A stretch of DNA of 63,038 nt, the filler included, from Rhabdomonas costata (lineage: Eukaryota): assembly GCA_019059605.1 (NCBI GenBank). It is 35 parts of 35 records of this genome, joined end to end, with 100 filler letters (N's around TTAATTAATTAA, not from the genome) between each part and the next. Parts side by side here need not be neighbours in the genome. Positions count along the whole stretch, not along the records: positions 37,888 to 39,591 come from JAHMHO010010367.1; positions 39,692 to 41,391 come from JAHMHO010010368.1; positions 41,492 to 43,195 come from JAHMHO010010369.1; positions 43,296 to 45,001 come from JAHMHO010010370.1; positions 45,102 to 46,805 come from JAHMHO010010371.1; positions 46,906 to 48,608 come from JAHMHO010010372.1; positions 48,709 to 50,413 come from JAHMHO010010373.1; positions 50,514 to 52,216 come from JAHMHO010010374.1; 27 more parts are not named here. The stretch is one strand, 5' to 3'. The position numbers and the translations under genes are program-made. The notes under the pieces were generated by a model that worked only from the letters and a program-made list of their open reading frames with translations, made no database searches and was not told the DNA's origin. Positions 38,025 through 50,628 of the stretch are shown piece after piece. Within the stretch, counting starts at the first letter, position 1, and each line of letters begins with the position of its first letter.

Positions 38025-39580
38025 CTATCTCCCAATGGTTCTCCTGGAGCTTGCCTTGGAGCTGGCCTTGCTGAATGCCGAGACGTCCGTGGACATGGAG
38101 AGTCTGCGGAGGCTGGGGGACTGCTGATTCTCCCTGCAATGAGGTGCGTATGGGTGCAATCTTTCCACGCTATGATACGGACGCACTGCGATGGAGATGC
38201 AAATGTCCCACCACACAACATGGGTCTGGGGTGAGCTGACAAGGAGCTGCCCGGCAATTAGCAGCACACTTCCATCTCAAGCTGATGACCAACTGCACTT
38301 CCGCCGCTGCGTTCACAGAACACTGGACAACCTGCGGTGCTGATTTGCAGAAATCGACGGGCGTCCTCACGGAGACAGTTAGGTAGGGCGGGCGAGAGGG
38401 GGGGAGGCACCCGGGGAGGGTGGTGGTGGAGGTAGACCTGGCGAAGTTGCGCTTCTGGCGCTGCTCCTTGATCTCCACCTGCCGTGCCAGCGTGGCGGGA
38501 CTGAGCCTGAGGTCAACTTTGGCATTAGCGGAGGGGGGGACGTATCGAGGAAGGCTTCCCCGAACCTGCGGTCGTCGGCGTGTGCTGTGTGTGCTGTGTG
38601 CTGTGTGTGTAATGCAATTCGCTTTTTGTGCTAGTGAAACCCAGTTACCTCCAAGCCCTTAAGCCGATCCGCAGCCGTGCAGATGTCGAAAGCAAAAGTA
38701 ATCACTTCAGCCCTGTGAAAATCAATGTGAAAATCAGTTATGTTCCGATCAACTTCTCCAAAAACCTAGGGGTCAAGCGCCCAGATTTTTCACATAAAAA
38801 AGAAGTGACGGATTTGCGCACGCCGCGGACGGGTCCCGAGAACACGTACAACAGGCCCCGCGAAAATGCAATGTGGGGCAGAGCTTTCCTTCTGAAGGGG
38901 AGGGGGCGCCACTGCGACAAATCAAGCAAACCCAGTCAAGCAACGTGGTCACAGCGAAGCACCCAATTGGTCTGAGCCAGTCCGAAGGCAGGTAGGAGTG
39001 AGGGGAACGGTGCAGGGGGGCAGGAGGGGGCAGAAACCTCGTATCGCCACTGCATGTGCTCTGTGTCGATGCACAGGATGCCCTCGGAGGTCTTCCCGTA
39101 GCTTGAAGAGGTGTACGACACCACGAACTGAGTGCTCTAAAAAACCGAACAGGGAGAGCCATTAGCGATTGGCTCTGTTTTTAGCATAAGCTCACCAACA
39201 CTTTCTGAAAACCACCTGGCAGCGGCCACGAGGCGGTCGCCCATCGTTCGGCCCTGAAAGGTGTTGGCGATGAACTCGAACCAATGAATCAATGATTTTG
39301 CGTTTCACGCGGCTTATAATGTCAGCACGCTCCCTATCCCAAGCAGGATGACCCCCCCTCCACATGATCAGAGGCATTCTCCCACAGAACCGGGTTTGCT
39401 CCTACTGGGGGGACAAGGCCCAATACACCACATTAACCGGAAAGTCGGGTAAAAACGAAAGCAGGACCACAGGACCACCTGGGCCTTGGTGGACAGCGCC
39501 GGGGAAGCCGCGCCCTGCTGCCTGGAAAGCCGCCGCCCGGGAGCCGGCGCGGCCAGCAGCACCCCCGAAGTGGGAATGAC
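38025..39580 (-). CDS. CFAP47: CFAP47-like axonemal protein C-terminus, four exons
   Basis: Exons ~39580-39479, 39127-39038, 38565-38438 and 38133-38025 splice in frame: VIPTSGVL.../FVVSYTSSSYGKTSEGILCIDTEHMQWRYE/VRGSLPRYVPP...KRNFA/REN...stop. Confidence 0.8.
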
Positions 39581-40565
39581 CCCACCACCACNNNNNNNNN
39601 NNNNNNNNNNNNNNNNNNNNNNNNNNNNNNNNNNNTTAATTAATTAANNNNNNNNNNNNNNNNNNNNNNNNNNNNNNNNNNNNNNNNNNNNCTGTGCAAT
39701 CCGCGTTCATGCTACGGTGAAGGGCAGCGCCAAAGTGTGTGCTGACAGGAAAACGCTGCGCCTGTACAGTGACCGGCTGTACGCTTGGGAAGTGAACCAC
39801 ACCTTTTGCCAATTTTTGATGCTCAGTATAACATAACCGAATGTGCGTTTCCATGTTTTCGTCTTGCCTTACTGCAGCTTCACGCAGATACTGTGCTACT
39901 ACAAAAACGTGAAGCGCGAAAGGGGCCACTCTGGATAGGAGGGAGAAAGAGCCTCCTTATTGGCGCCTCTGTGGGAAGCAGGAGTGCATGGATCACCTAA
40001 GTATCCATTCCCGCTGACACCCTCCTTCACCAGTGAACGTCACAGCGTTGCCTCCACAGTCTTTACAAGTCGCTGCTGCGCCATCCCACATGCGAGCAGC
40101 CAATCATCTCCCTTCGGAGACACAGCCCGGGGGGGGGGCTCTCAAGATGCCCATGCACCCCTATCTCTAGATCATTGCTCGCGGGAGCTCTTCTCCAGAC
40201 AGAAGCATTGCTTTTGGAACAACAACACATAGCAAACTCCAGCTGACACGACCTCATCGTGAATTCCTCCCGCCCGAAACGCAAAGAGCACAATCAGGAC
40301 AAGGGCGGCGACGTTCGCAAAGCGTAGCACAGCACAAGAAAGGTACCCTTCGAATCGCACTACCAGAAAGCACACCGACCGAGGAAATCCACAAAGAAAG
40401 GAAGGTCACCCGGAAAGCACATTGCTCTTCAGCGCTGGAAACAAAAGAGCATCGGCCTCGCTGAGTCCTGGAGATGGGGGAAAACGCAAAGGTGCCCAAG
40501 GAGTCCAAATATACCACACCCTCAGTCACGTTGGCTTCTCGTCACGGAAGCCCCAAATTTTACTA

Positions 40566-40932
40566 CTACTTCTTCACCCACAGCACGGCCAAGGGGTGCA
40601 GGGCCTGAGCCTCCGCGCTGACCAGCTCCAGATACTCCACCTCCTCCACAGGGGCGACCTGGTAGTTGTACGCATGTGACACTCCCGCCACGTGGGTGTC
40701 CACCGCCCCGTTGAACAGCGGCTTCCCAAAGAACCTCGAGTAACTGTACCTGTCACCTGGCATTGCGTAGTCCTTGGCTCGGGTCACGGGGTAGGCCAGC
40801 CCCACCGCCGCCGCAAAAACAATCACCGGCCAGCACCCCTCCGCGCTGGTGGGCCTCAGCCCTTCACCCGTGATTTCCCCACGGGCGTACATTGCGGCGT
40901 ACTCCAGGCTAAGGGTGGTGTAGCAGCCATAC
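40566..40932 (-). CDS. Last exon with a PARP-like ADP-ribosyltransferase domain
   Basis: GCYTTLSLEYAAMYA...LAYPVT...GKPL...DTHV...LELVSAEAQALHP matches the G.Y.T...YA..Y and terminal E.V...Q..P pattern. TTTAG acceptor and TAG stop. Confidence 0.65.
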
Positions 40933-41958
40933 CTAAATTCATCCAAAGCGGAAAATGAGGAGTGCCCAAAAAGCTGGAGAGAGAACCTGCATCACAAATG
41001 CCCCAGAAATAGGCACAGGAAGAGAGCGTGTCAACGGTGCACCGCTCAAAGAAAAGAAAAAGAATGAAACGGACGACCGGGATGTTTCTTGCTTATGGTT
41101 TTGCATACATTGGAAGATCTCCTTGTCTCCATGGTTCAGTATGCAATAGATCCGAAAGGTGCCCATTTGGGCCACTGGAAGTGCAGAAAATCAGTTGAAA
41201 AGTGCGAAGGAACTGCCAAAAAAGGATTTTTCAATGGCCCATGTTCAGAAAATCGAGAAGAGGGCAACCAACTTCACAGACCTCCCAAACCGAAAATAAC
41301 CCCCAAATGTCCTCTTTTCCTCTTTCGCTTCCTCCCTCATAGTACCCGAAAAAGCCCTGGCCTTTCTGGGCGAATTTCTGCAGACCCGCACNNNNNNNNN
41401 NNNNNNNNNNNNNNNNNNNNNNNNNNNNNNNNNNNTTAATTAATTAANNNNNNNNNNNNNNNNNNNNNNNNNNNNNNNNNNNNNNNNNNNNGTTGGTTGG
41501 GGTGCCTGAGAGATGCGGAGGGGGGCGGGGGCGTGAGAGCAGACAATGCTGTATGGATGACATCAACCAGACATCTTCGGTAAATCTGTCAGCATGTACC
41601 GCAGGTGACGTTTCCCATTCTCTGGCGCTTTTTTTTCGCAGCACCTGTGCGTCTGTTCTTGGCGTGGTCCGAGTTACGAAGGAATTTGTAATGTGGACGC
41701 TCACGATATCGGATGGTTTGATGTGTATTTTGTCCTCTGCTGAAGTCCTTCCCTGCTTCAAAACCTGCACACTCCTCGTTGACATTTTGTCCAACTGCGT
41801 TTCCGCTGGTTCTGCCGTCCAAATATGTGTTTTTTTTTGTGTTGTGACGGAAGAAGTCTTCCGAAGGAGAGGGGCTAGCGAGTTTCCCCCGTGGGATGAC
41901 AAAACAACTTAGCGGCACCTTTTGTTTTTCCTCTTCCGGCCTCAGGCCTGGGCCAAAG

Positions 41959-42820
41959 ATGGAAGCCCTGGACCCCAGCCAGCCCTCGGACCTCTTCTGG
42001 GATAATGCCCGCTCCCTCGACGACGCAGAGAGCGGGGGCAGCGGCCGCTGCCCCGTGTGTGGGCTTCCTCAGCCTGAGGGGAGCGTTGTGCCGCACCTGC
42101 AGGTCCGAGCACGGATGTTTTTCGCCCTTTTTTTCTTCGTAAATGCTAGCTCAGACCTGATGTTTCTGCGCGCACACACACACATCTCTTTTTACCGCAC
42201 ATACACCTTCTGCAGTCACTTTCACTTCTCTGGCAAGTGCCCTGCCCACTTCCCCACGGCTGGTTTGGACCTTTGGAACCTCGCTGAGCCGTGTCCCCCT
42301 TGTGTAACCATGCATATACATGTGAAGCTGTTGATCTGTTTTGCCCCACGGAGGAAACTGAAGTAGATTTTTCGGGAACGAAACTACTCTTTTGCAAGGA
42401 AAGACTAAGGCAAACTGGCATTGCCAGCAAGAATGCTTCCAGCATAGCGTTCGAACGCACAAAGGGCCCCCCTTCCCTTTCCACCACGACCTCCGTCATT
42501 GGTTTGGTTTGGTTGGTTGCATCGCCGTGTGATGCTCTTCCTCAGTATGAACCACGCATGGCGCTATTTTTGTGTCTGTTGTGCCTTCTACTTGGACCCT
42601 CCCAACAACATCTTGTGCTGTGCTTTTTTTGGTGCATCACGTTCGTGGCAGGCCGTGCACCGGGTGAGGCTTGCGTGCTGTGTGACCTGCCGCGTGGCGT
42701 TTGCCTCGGTGGAGGTGTACATGACCCACCAGCAGCGCACGGGGCACCAGCCCAGCAACGCGGTGGGCGCGGTCTTCTCCGCTGTGGACCGCAAGGCCGC
42801 CCCCCAGCACTACTCTCGGG
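41959..42820 (+). CDS. C2H2 zinc-finger protein, first two exons
   Basis: Exons 41959-42102 and 42652-42820: CPVC...PHLQ/AVH and CVTC...THQQRTGH. Confidence 0.8.
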
Positions 42821-43981
42821 GTACGAGCGGCTGCTTAGAGTGGCCTGCGAGTGGGGTTAGGATGGGACTCCATTTTCCTTCCTGACTTTTATTCATACTT
42901 AGAATGAAGCATGGGTAAGGTCAGAAGCTTGCGGATTTGCTCAGATTTTGGGTACGATGCATTCGCTGAAGGGTTGAAGGGTTGAACAAAGAGACATTGC
43001 AATAGCTGTGCTTTCTTGGAGCGAAGCGATAACGGTGCACAAGATCAAAGAAATGACTGGAGATCATCCACTGCAGACCGTTGTGTCAGGCGAAAGGGGG
43101 GACTTTCGATAACAAAGAACAGGATTTATCGGAAATTGAAATGGTAGGAGGAGAATGGCGGAGGGAGGGGATGCAGACCGGGATCCCACCCCAACNNNNN
43201 NNNNNNNNNNNNNNNNNNNNNNNNNNNNNNNNNNNNNNNTTAATTAATTAANNNNNNNNNNNNNNNNNNNNNNNNNNNNNNNNNNNNNNNNNNNNTGTTG
43301 TTTGGCATAATTTGTTTTTGGATGGTCAAGAAATTGGCACTCGGTAAGAAACACAATGTACGAGGGCTAAGCCGAAGGGCTAGGCAGGTCTGGGGTCTTT
43401 TGTATGTAACTCCCGAAACGCTACGTGGCCAGTGCTGGGTCATTTTTCTGGTCCTTTTCCCATCGGCCGGTAGTGGTACCCCTCGGCAGATCTTTGGTGC
43501 TGCTTCATGCCCCAAGCAAATAGGGGTAAACAAAAAATGGATCACGGGCCCCTCCAGTAGAAGAAAAGAAAAAAATCCTTTCTCCTCTGTGAGATATACG
43601 TTTATTGCCAGTAAGGAAGAATAATCTCTAGAGGGCTGAGCAGAAGCAAGCCTGGAGTCTCAAGCATATACAACGGGCCTCCCGAAACGCTGTGTGCCCA
43701 AAGCTTTGCACCCTCAGGCCGAAGCCAATCAGTGACTCTTGGCGGCTCCCGTGAGAGACGGGAAATGTTGGATCGTCAATCACGGGATCCGCATCCTTTA
43801 GGAAGTTCAGGTGAAAGGGAAGACAGCAATGTTGAGTCAAACCACTTGTATGTCAAAGCACAAGAATGTCTCACTTGGCCAGTTTTTCTTTTTGAAAACG
43901 CGGCGGCACTGCGGCAAACCTGCCCCGTGCATTGAAGAGGGAAGAAGCAAGGTCTACTGGGGTGCGATGAAATCGCGTTTA

Positions 43982-43982
<1 letters not shown>

Positions 43983-44016
<34 letters not shown>
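43983..44016. repeat. (CA)n microsatellite (others near 3932-3950 and 59626-59660)
   Basis: Directly visible. Confidence 0.95.
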
Positions 44017-44019
<3 letters not shown>

Positions 44020-44108
44020 AAACCGAACGATTATTACTGCGAAGCACTTTACATATAAAATCGTAAGGGACCAAACCGCGAACGTCCCTCCCCCTTCCAA
44101 AAAAACAC

Positions 44109-44428
44109 CGTCAGAGTGGTGGTCCTCCGTGAGATGCTTTGTGAAGTATCCCGGGGTTTTGCTCTCCACGGCGGCTTTCACCTTAAGCTCGGCGCTCTTG
44201 CGGGCCCGAAGCGGGCCGAAGATCGCGAGCTTCTCGATTTCCCCTTTCCTGCTTGGCACGGCCCTTCCCGGCGAACTCTGCGAAGAACATGATGGTGCCA
44301 AACTCCTCCTCCACTGCGCGGAGGAAGCTCCCGTTGCTGCCCGTCACGAAGCCCACGCAGTCCTGCGGCACGTGCACCACCACCAAGTCGTCGTCGTCAC
44401 CGTTCTCGTCGATGTACACTGGTCCAAC
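44109..44428 (-). CDS. KH-domain RNA-binding protein exon with an internal frameshift
   Basis: VPQDCVGFVTGSNGSFLRAVEEEFGTIMFF (GxxG loop), then in a shifted frame EKLAIFGPLRARKSAELKVKAAVE. Boundaries are TTTCAG| and G|GT. Confidence 0.8.
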
Positions 44429-45936
44429 CTGAAACAACAAAGGTCGGTTGTGTTATGAAGGATTAAACATAAGTGCATTTATGCCCCCCCCCCTCCAACC
44501 CGCTGCAAAACCGCACGTGCATGTTTAACAAATGAAAGCAACTGGGATCTTGGGCCGTGCACCCCAAGAGTGGCCCAAGACATCCCAGGGGACCCGTGCA
44601 TCGCGCCTATCACCTGCAAAAACTCCATCCAACAGATGTATCGCCAACTAACCCTCTGCAAAAGCCACTATTGGAATCTCACTGATGTATTCGGGCAGTT
44701 TGCCCCACTCGCCATTAATGCTGATGATCATAAAGTCGCTAGCCACGCGGAAGACGTCGGGTTAGCACGGCTCGTTTTTCGGGGGCATCGTAACAGCAAG
44801 TGCGCGGCAGAGGATCCGAAAAAATACCCAGGACAAAAGCACGCGGTGAGCGTGACAAGAGGTTTCGTTCAGTTCACCGCTTTCGAGCGGAAACCCTGGT
44901 TCCTATCGTTTTAAACTTTCATTGTGACCAGAAAAAGTCAAGGGCTTCAAGAAAAAACTGCACCTCAGACGCCCACACAACCAACCACACACACCCACCA
45001 CNNNNNNNNNNNNNNNNNNNNNNNNNNNNNNNNNNNNNNNNNNNNTTAATTAATTAANNNNNNNNNNNNNNNNNNNNNNNNNNNNNNNNNNNNNNNNNNN
45101 NGGGGTGGGTGTTTTTATCCTGAAGTGAAGAGGGCAGGGTTGTACCTTGCACATCGTGCATTGTACTGTGCTACTCGCTCTCTTCGTTTTCCTTTTTCGT
45201 TCGCGGTGTTTCCCACACATAGTGTTTGCACTTCCAAGCGAGGAGTGACGTGGGTTGCGGCCTGGATTTTTTTTGCAGGGGTAGGTTGCTGTCGTGTTCT
45301 TCGCAGGAAAGACAGTCTGGATAATGTCCGAAGGGGTAGCGCCCAATATGCGCGGAAGATACTGCCGCCGAGTCGGCGCTGTCTCAAGCAGAGCGTGTGG
45401 TCCAGGAGAGAAAGATTGCCCGCGGCACCTCAAAAATTCACAAGCGAAAAAAAGTTCCCTCCAAATCAGGCATCTTCTGACTTTGAAGCTAAAAAGGGGC
45501 GGTGAAAAAGCTGGTTTTTCCTTCAGGTTGTCTTCTTTGACTTCAGGACAGTTGTGTCTGGTTGTTTGCGTTTGTGTATGTTTGTGCGATGTAAAGACAG
45601 AAATGAAACACACACACACAATTGAAGGAGAGCGTCCTGTTCTGTCCTTCCTGCCGGGGGCTATATTACCCATTGTTAACTTCTGAGTCCTCAATGCTCA
45701 GTGCCATTGCGGTCACCTTCTCTCACATACTTTCAGCTGATGGAATGACAACTATCACTGATTATGTAGATTCTAATTGCAACCTATTTACATCGCCCCC
45801 ACTCCCTGTACTTGTCCTTCCTTAGGACCTCTCCGTATTCCCCCCTTTTCAATTCCCTTCTGTTTTTTCATTGTGTGACCTTTTATTCCTGCTCGTGGGG
45901 ATGGTGGTCGTCACTATTCACAACAGTCTCCCGACG

Positions 45937-46057
45937 ATGGCTGAGATCGCCCCTCTGAAGGGCCCGTCGCCCAGGTTCCCCGGAGCGGCGCCCCCGAAGA
46001 GATCTCCGCTGAGCGGAAGACAGGGAGGGGCTCCGGCAGCCAAGCCCCATTTCTGGG
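45937..46057 (+). CDS. Probable first exon, hypothetical protein
   Basis: CAACAG ends 10 nt before the ATG; GC-rich; ends G|GTATGG. Confidence 0.45.
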
Positions 46058-49000
46058 GTATGGGAGTCTCGGGCCTTCTTTGTGCCTGGGTTGGTCCCCT
46101 CAGAGGACTAAAAGGCAGCTCAATGGGAGGGTGTACAGTGCTGACGGGTGAATGGGTCACCAATTGTTGTGCTTCCTGCCCCCCGTTGCTGAATGGAACG
46201 TGAAGTCACGTCGAGCACAAGTCAAGCCCTACGAAGAAACGGCCCCGGGGAAGTATAGGGGGAGGGGTCCTTTATAAGTATAGCGGGTCATACGTGTCCG
46301 ATAAAATATAGTTGCTGTTGAGTTACTGTCCCCTGGTTTTCGCAGCATGTCTTGGGGCCGCGGAGCAGAGAGGAGCGGTCCAAGATCCTTGGCGAAACAC
46401 GGTTTCCCGGAGAATGTTATTTGGTCTCGCAGGAGCTTCGGTACTTATAACTGCGCTATGCGCGTTATACGGAACTCCCTGACAATATACTTTCCCATTC
46501 CCGAAGAAACCCTTGTTTGCAACCTTTCCTTCTCCTCGTTGCACTGGAGAGTGTCAGAGTGCTCTGAACTCTGCACGTCTGTTTTTTATACTGTTGGTGT
46601 CACTGTAAAGTAAAGCCACCTTCTGACTAACGTTTTTCCTGTCCTCTACCTTCATGCTTTTCCTGTGCTTGCGGTGTTTCGCTATTTTGCTGCTGTCTGT
46701 GTAGCGAATCCTCACGTCATGTTTTTTCTTTGCTGCAAAAGGGCCTGAGCCCGACCTCGACCTCGTCGCTCCAGGCCCTCGACGGGCACAGCCCCCCCCC
46801 ACCCCNNNNNNNNNNNNNNNNNNNNNNNNNNNNNNNNNNNNNNNNNNNNTTAATTAATTAANNNNNNNNNNNNNNNNNNNNNNNNNNNNNNNNNNNNNNN
46901 NNNNNTGTTGTTTTGAAATGCAGCTGTTTGGGTTGGTCTTTCCGTCAGAGTAAAACAGATGTACAGCCAACGATCGTGCTACGGAAAAAGGTTTCCGTGT
47001 CGGACTCCTTCGTCGGAGGGAGGACGCACCACACAAGCCAGATTCTACGACACCTTGGCCCTTTTTCCTGAGCCGCACCGGCCCCTTAGGGCCCACCGGC
47101 CAGACGCCGAATACCGCCGAAGACCGAGCAAAATCCAAGAGTTGCGGCAACTCTAAAAAATCCTTTTATGTCCTGCCTATCCGGCGCTGTTTCGTTTAGG
47201 CCGCCTTTTGATTTCGTCCCGGTCAACGTTCAGAATGTATAGGCGTTAAGGGTGCGAACCGCCCGTGCCGAGGGGGCATCAACCACAGCCAAAATGCACA
47301 ATATATGCCGTCACGGCGTCACGGCGTCACGGCGCATGCGTTGGTGAACAGGTCTACATCGAAAGGAGATAATGGGGACGAAACAAACGCCCGGAACGGC
47401 GGTCGTTAAGCCGTGGCGCGATAACACGATGAATAAATGCTGAGGTTAGTGGCACGTGTGGTGTGGGCGGGTTTCCGTTCCAGCCGCGGCGTTTTGTCCG
47501 TATCTTCTCATTATGGCCCGCGGTCTATCAAACCATGCTCCCATGCTTAGCTAATCCGGTGCGGCACTGTCAAAAGAAAGGACTTACGGAATGCACCTCG
47601 CCGTCCGACTCCCCTCCCGACCCCCCGACTTGCTTCACCGAGTCAGTCAGGATGCCTTTCTCCAGGGTGTACTTGCTTTGGTCCGCGCCATCCTAAGAGT
47701 CACAACCGAAAAAGCTGCACGAGTGTGCGATCCGTTGGGTTTTTTTGGAGGCGGTTAAGGGACTGTGTCGTTTCGCATTGTGCACCCTCCCCCCTCCAGT
47801 CCTCTATATCGTCCCCCATGGAGTTTGGGCAGTAGGGGTTGTACTGCGCGGCTCTGTCTTTGTGCTTGCGAGTGGTGAATGCATGTGTGTCGAATGGCTT
47901 TCTCGTATTATCATGTGCCATGGACGGTGGACGGTGGGGCGGTAGCAAAAGGTCGCATTGAGGAGGCCCCATTACTCGCCACGTCGTCCAAGTTAGTCGA
48001 CCAGCCGACCTACCGCAGCGAATGGGATGTGTCACAGGAGTGCTCGGGTGAATCTATGGAAGCTAGCCAGCATAAGTTGACGCGTCCCTGATGGCTATGC
48101 TCGCAGGAAAGGGTTTGGCCCTGATCATGTTGACGTGCCATCAATTCTGTCTCTCTCCTGACTCCTGACGGTGTCATGGGTTCACTTCGTTTTCTCTCAG
48201 CCTTCTTTGCTTTCAGCCTTTCGCATTCCAACGCTTGCTCCCACTTTCTACACCGATTTTCCAACCGCTTGCCCCACCTAACCTTTCTTCTTCGGTCTCC
48301 CCCAACAGACCTCTCCCGTCAGGTTTTGAATCTCATTAGATTTTCAAACATCGTCCCACTCCTTGTTCAGCGTTGCTCCTGTGGAGATGGAGAAAATGGA
48401 CCCCACGCCTGGCAGCCTTCCCCCGTACGCCCCTTCCCCGGCTGCTGCGCCGGACTGGGCAAACAGCATCCTGCGCCATTCCTACAGCCGCACCGTGCTA
48501 CTGCTAGAACCCGACGTGCGGGAACGCACCGCGGCTGCGGTGGCCCCGGAGCTCATCGAGATCGCCACCGCCGCCATGGCCCTCGCTGCGCAGCGCACAC
48601 ACCCACACNNNNNNNNNNNNNNNNNNNNNNNNNNNNNNNNNNNNNNNNNNNNTTAATTAATTAANNNNNNNNNNNNNNNNNNNNNNNNNNNNNNNNNNNN
48701 NNNNNNNNGCCGGAGTTGCAGCGGTTGTTGCTCGCAAGTAAGTATTTTCGGGTGGTGAATCTCCAGTAAATAGAAGCCTGGGTTGAGGTGGGTAAGACCG
48801 AGGGTAGAAGTGGTCATATTGTTTTGGCCATCCCGCCTTCGTTGCTGGCCGACAAGGGTTGTGTACACATCTTTACATAGCATTTTGCTTCATTTGCAAC
48901 GGGTTTTGCTGGCCCCCGATACGAAATTTTTTCTCATAATTTTCTTTGTCAAACAAACGTGAAAACGGGAAAAGTAAATCTTCCCAAAAATGCGTGAACA

Positions 49001-50517
49001 ACACATTATTCTTCTGATCCACTGCTGTGCGTAACTATCGGCCTTGAAAGACAAAAGAAAAAAAGAAAAAAAAAGAGACAAACGAAGGTCAGAGACCACC
49101 CTCCCACACACACTCTGATATCGTGGCCATGCAAACACCAACTCTGCCATGGGAGGACGTGCTTTTTCACTGACTCTCTGCCCCTCATCGCTTCGGCGTC
49201 TTCATGCGGTGCTTTCAGCGGGGGCCCCACGATGCCCTCTCTGCCGCGGCAGACGCCTTCCCCCAGCCCCTCGCTGCGGCGCCGGCTGTCTCTAGACTCC
49301 CCCGCCAGAGGGCACACCCCGGAGCTCCCCGGTAACACTGTGGGCTCCCCAGAGCTCCTCAGGCAGCACAGCAGCCCTGCCCCAGCGGGTCGGGACACTG
49401 CCGCTCTCCCGGAGTCCCGTGCGGGTCCTGTGGGGCTCTTGGGAGGGGAAGGTCCGTCCCCCTGCTTCTCTCTTTTTTTATCCCTGTAACCCTGTGAACC
49501 TCCCGCGTCTGAGCACCGAAGCCTGTCCAGCGCATGTGGGTCACTGGTGGTGGCAGGTGGGCAACAAAAGGTCAAACACATCACCGTACGCGAAAGAATT
49601 GGAAGTGCGGACGCTCGCGCTTTCAGGAAAGGTCTCCGTACAAAGTGGGGAAAGGGGCTGGGACCTGAAGAATGCCGTGTTGACGATGCGATCTCAAATG
49701 GCGGAGATGCTGCAGGAGATGGCTCAGATCCGGGAGACCATATCTGGTTTGCTCATCTCTTCCGTTTGCCTCCACACCATTTGCGCGTTTGCTCGAATGT
49801 TGCTTGAGCTTGTTCACCGTTAGCTTGTGTGGTATCCTTGGTAAGCCTTGTGTAGGGGGTGGGAGGGTTCGAAAACTCTTGTGCAAGGCGGAGACGGTGC
49901 ATTCCCGAACGATCTGATTTGGATACATCCAGTATTCAACCATCTGGATGCTGTCCCTTGCATTAAGCTTCCTTTTTCTGTGGTGCTTGCTTTTTCGTCC
50001 CCTTCATGTGCCCACGCGAGGCGAAACGAAGAGCAAGAAAAGGGATCTCTTCGGCAGAAACAAAACGCATAACAGCGTCACGTGCGGCCGGTTTTTGTTC
50101 CGGGTCCTGTTGGTCGCTTTTTCGACCCACAACTTTGATTCAAGACAGATTGGTTCTGGCTGACTTCTCTTTTCGCTGCAGCCTCTGGAAGAAGCCCGAG
50201 CTCCGCTGGAGTAGGGTTACCCGCCCAGGCCCCACTCCAGGCCCGGTCGGCCCTCGCCGGGGCCTCTTCTAGCTCCTCCCCCACTGCGCTCTCTCCTGTT
50301 TCCGAGGGAACATCACAGGGTCTCCTTTCTCTCCAATCCCCTCCTCCTCTGACGCCATCGGCTCATGAGCCCTTCGCATTGCCGGGCCCTGCTCACCCGT
50401 CTCACCCACAACANNNNNNNNNNNNNNNNNNNNNNNNNNNNNNNNNNNNNNNNNNNNTTAATTAATTAANNNNNNNNNNNNNNNNNNNNNNNNNNNNNNN
50501 NNNNNNNNNNNNNTTTG

Positions 50518-50628
50518 TGTTCAGATATTTCCCCTGAATTTCCCGCTTCCTTCTCTCGACGGGAGAAGGGACCCGTTCTGTCCTCGTCGAGAGAAGGGAG
50601 CGGGAAATTCAGGGGAAATATCTGAACA
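50518..50628. repeat. Long palindrome (44-bp arms, one mismatch), MITE-like
   Basis: TGTTCAGATATTTCCCCTGAATTTCCCGCTTCCTTCTCTCGACG and its reverse complement flank a 23-nt partly paired core. Confidence 0.92.
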
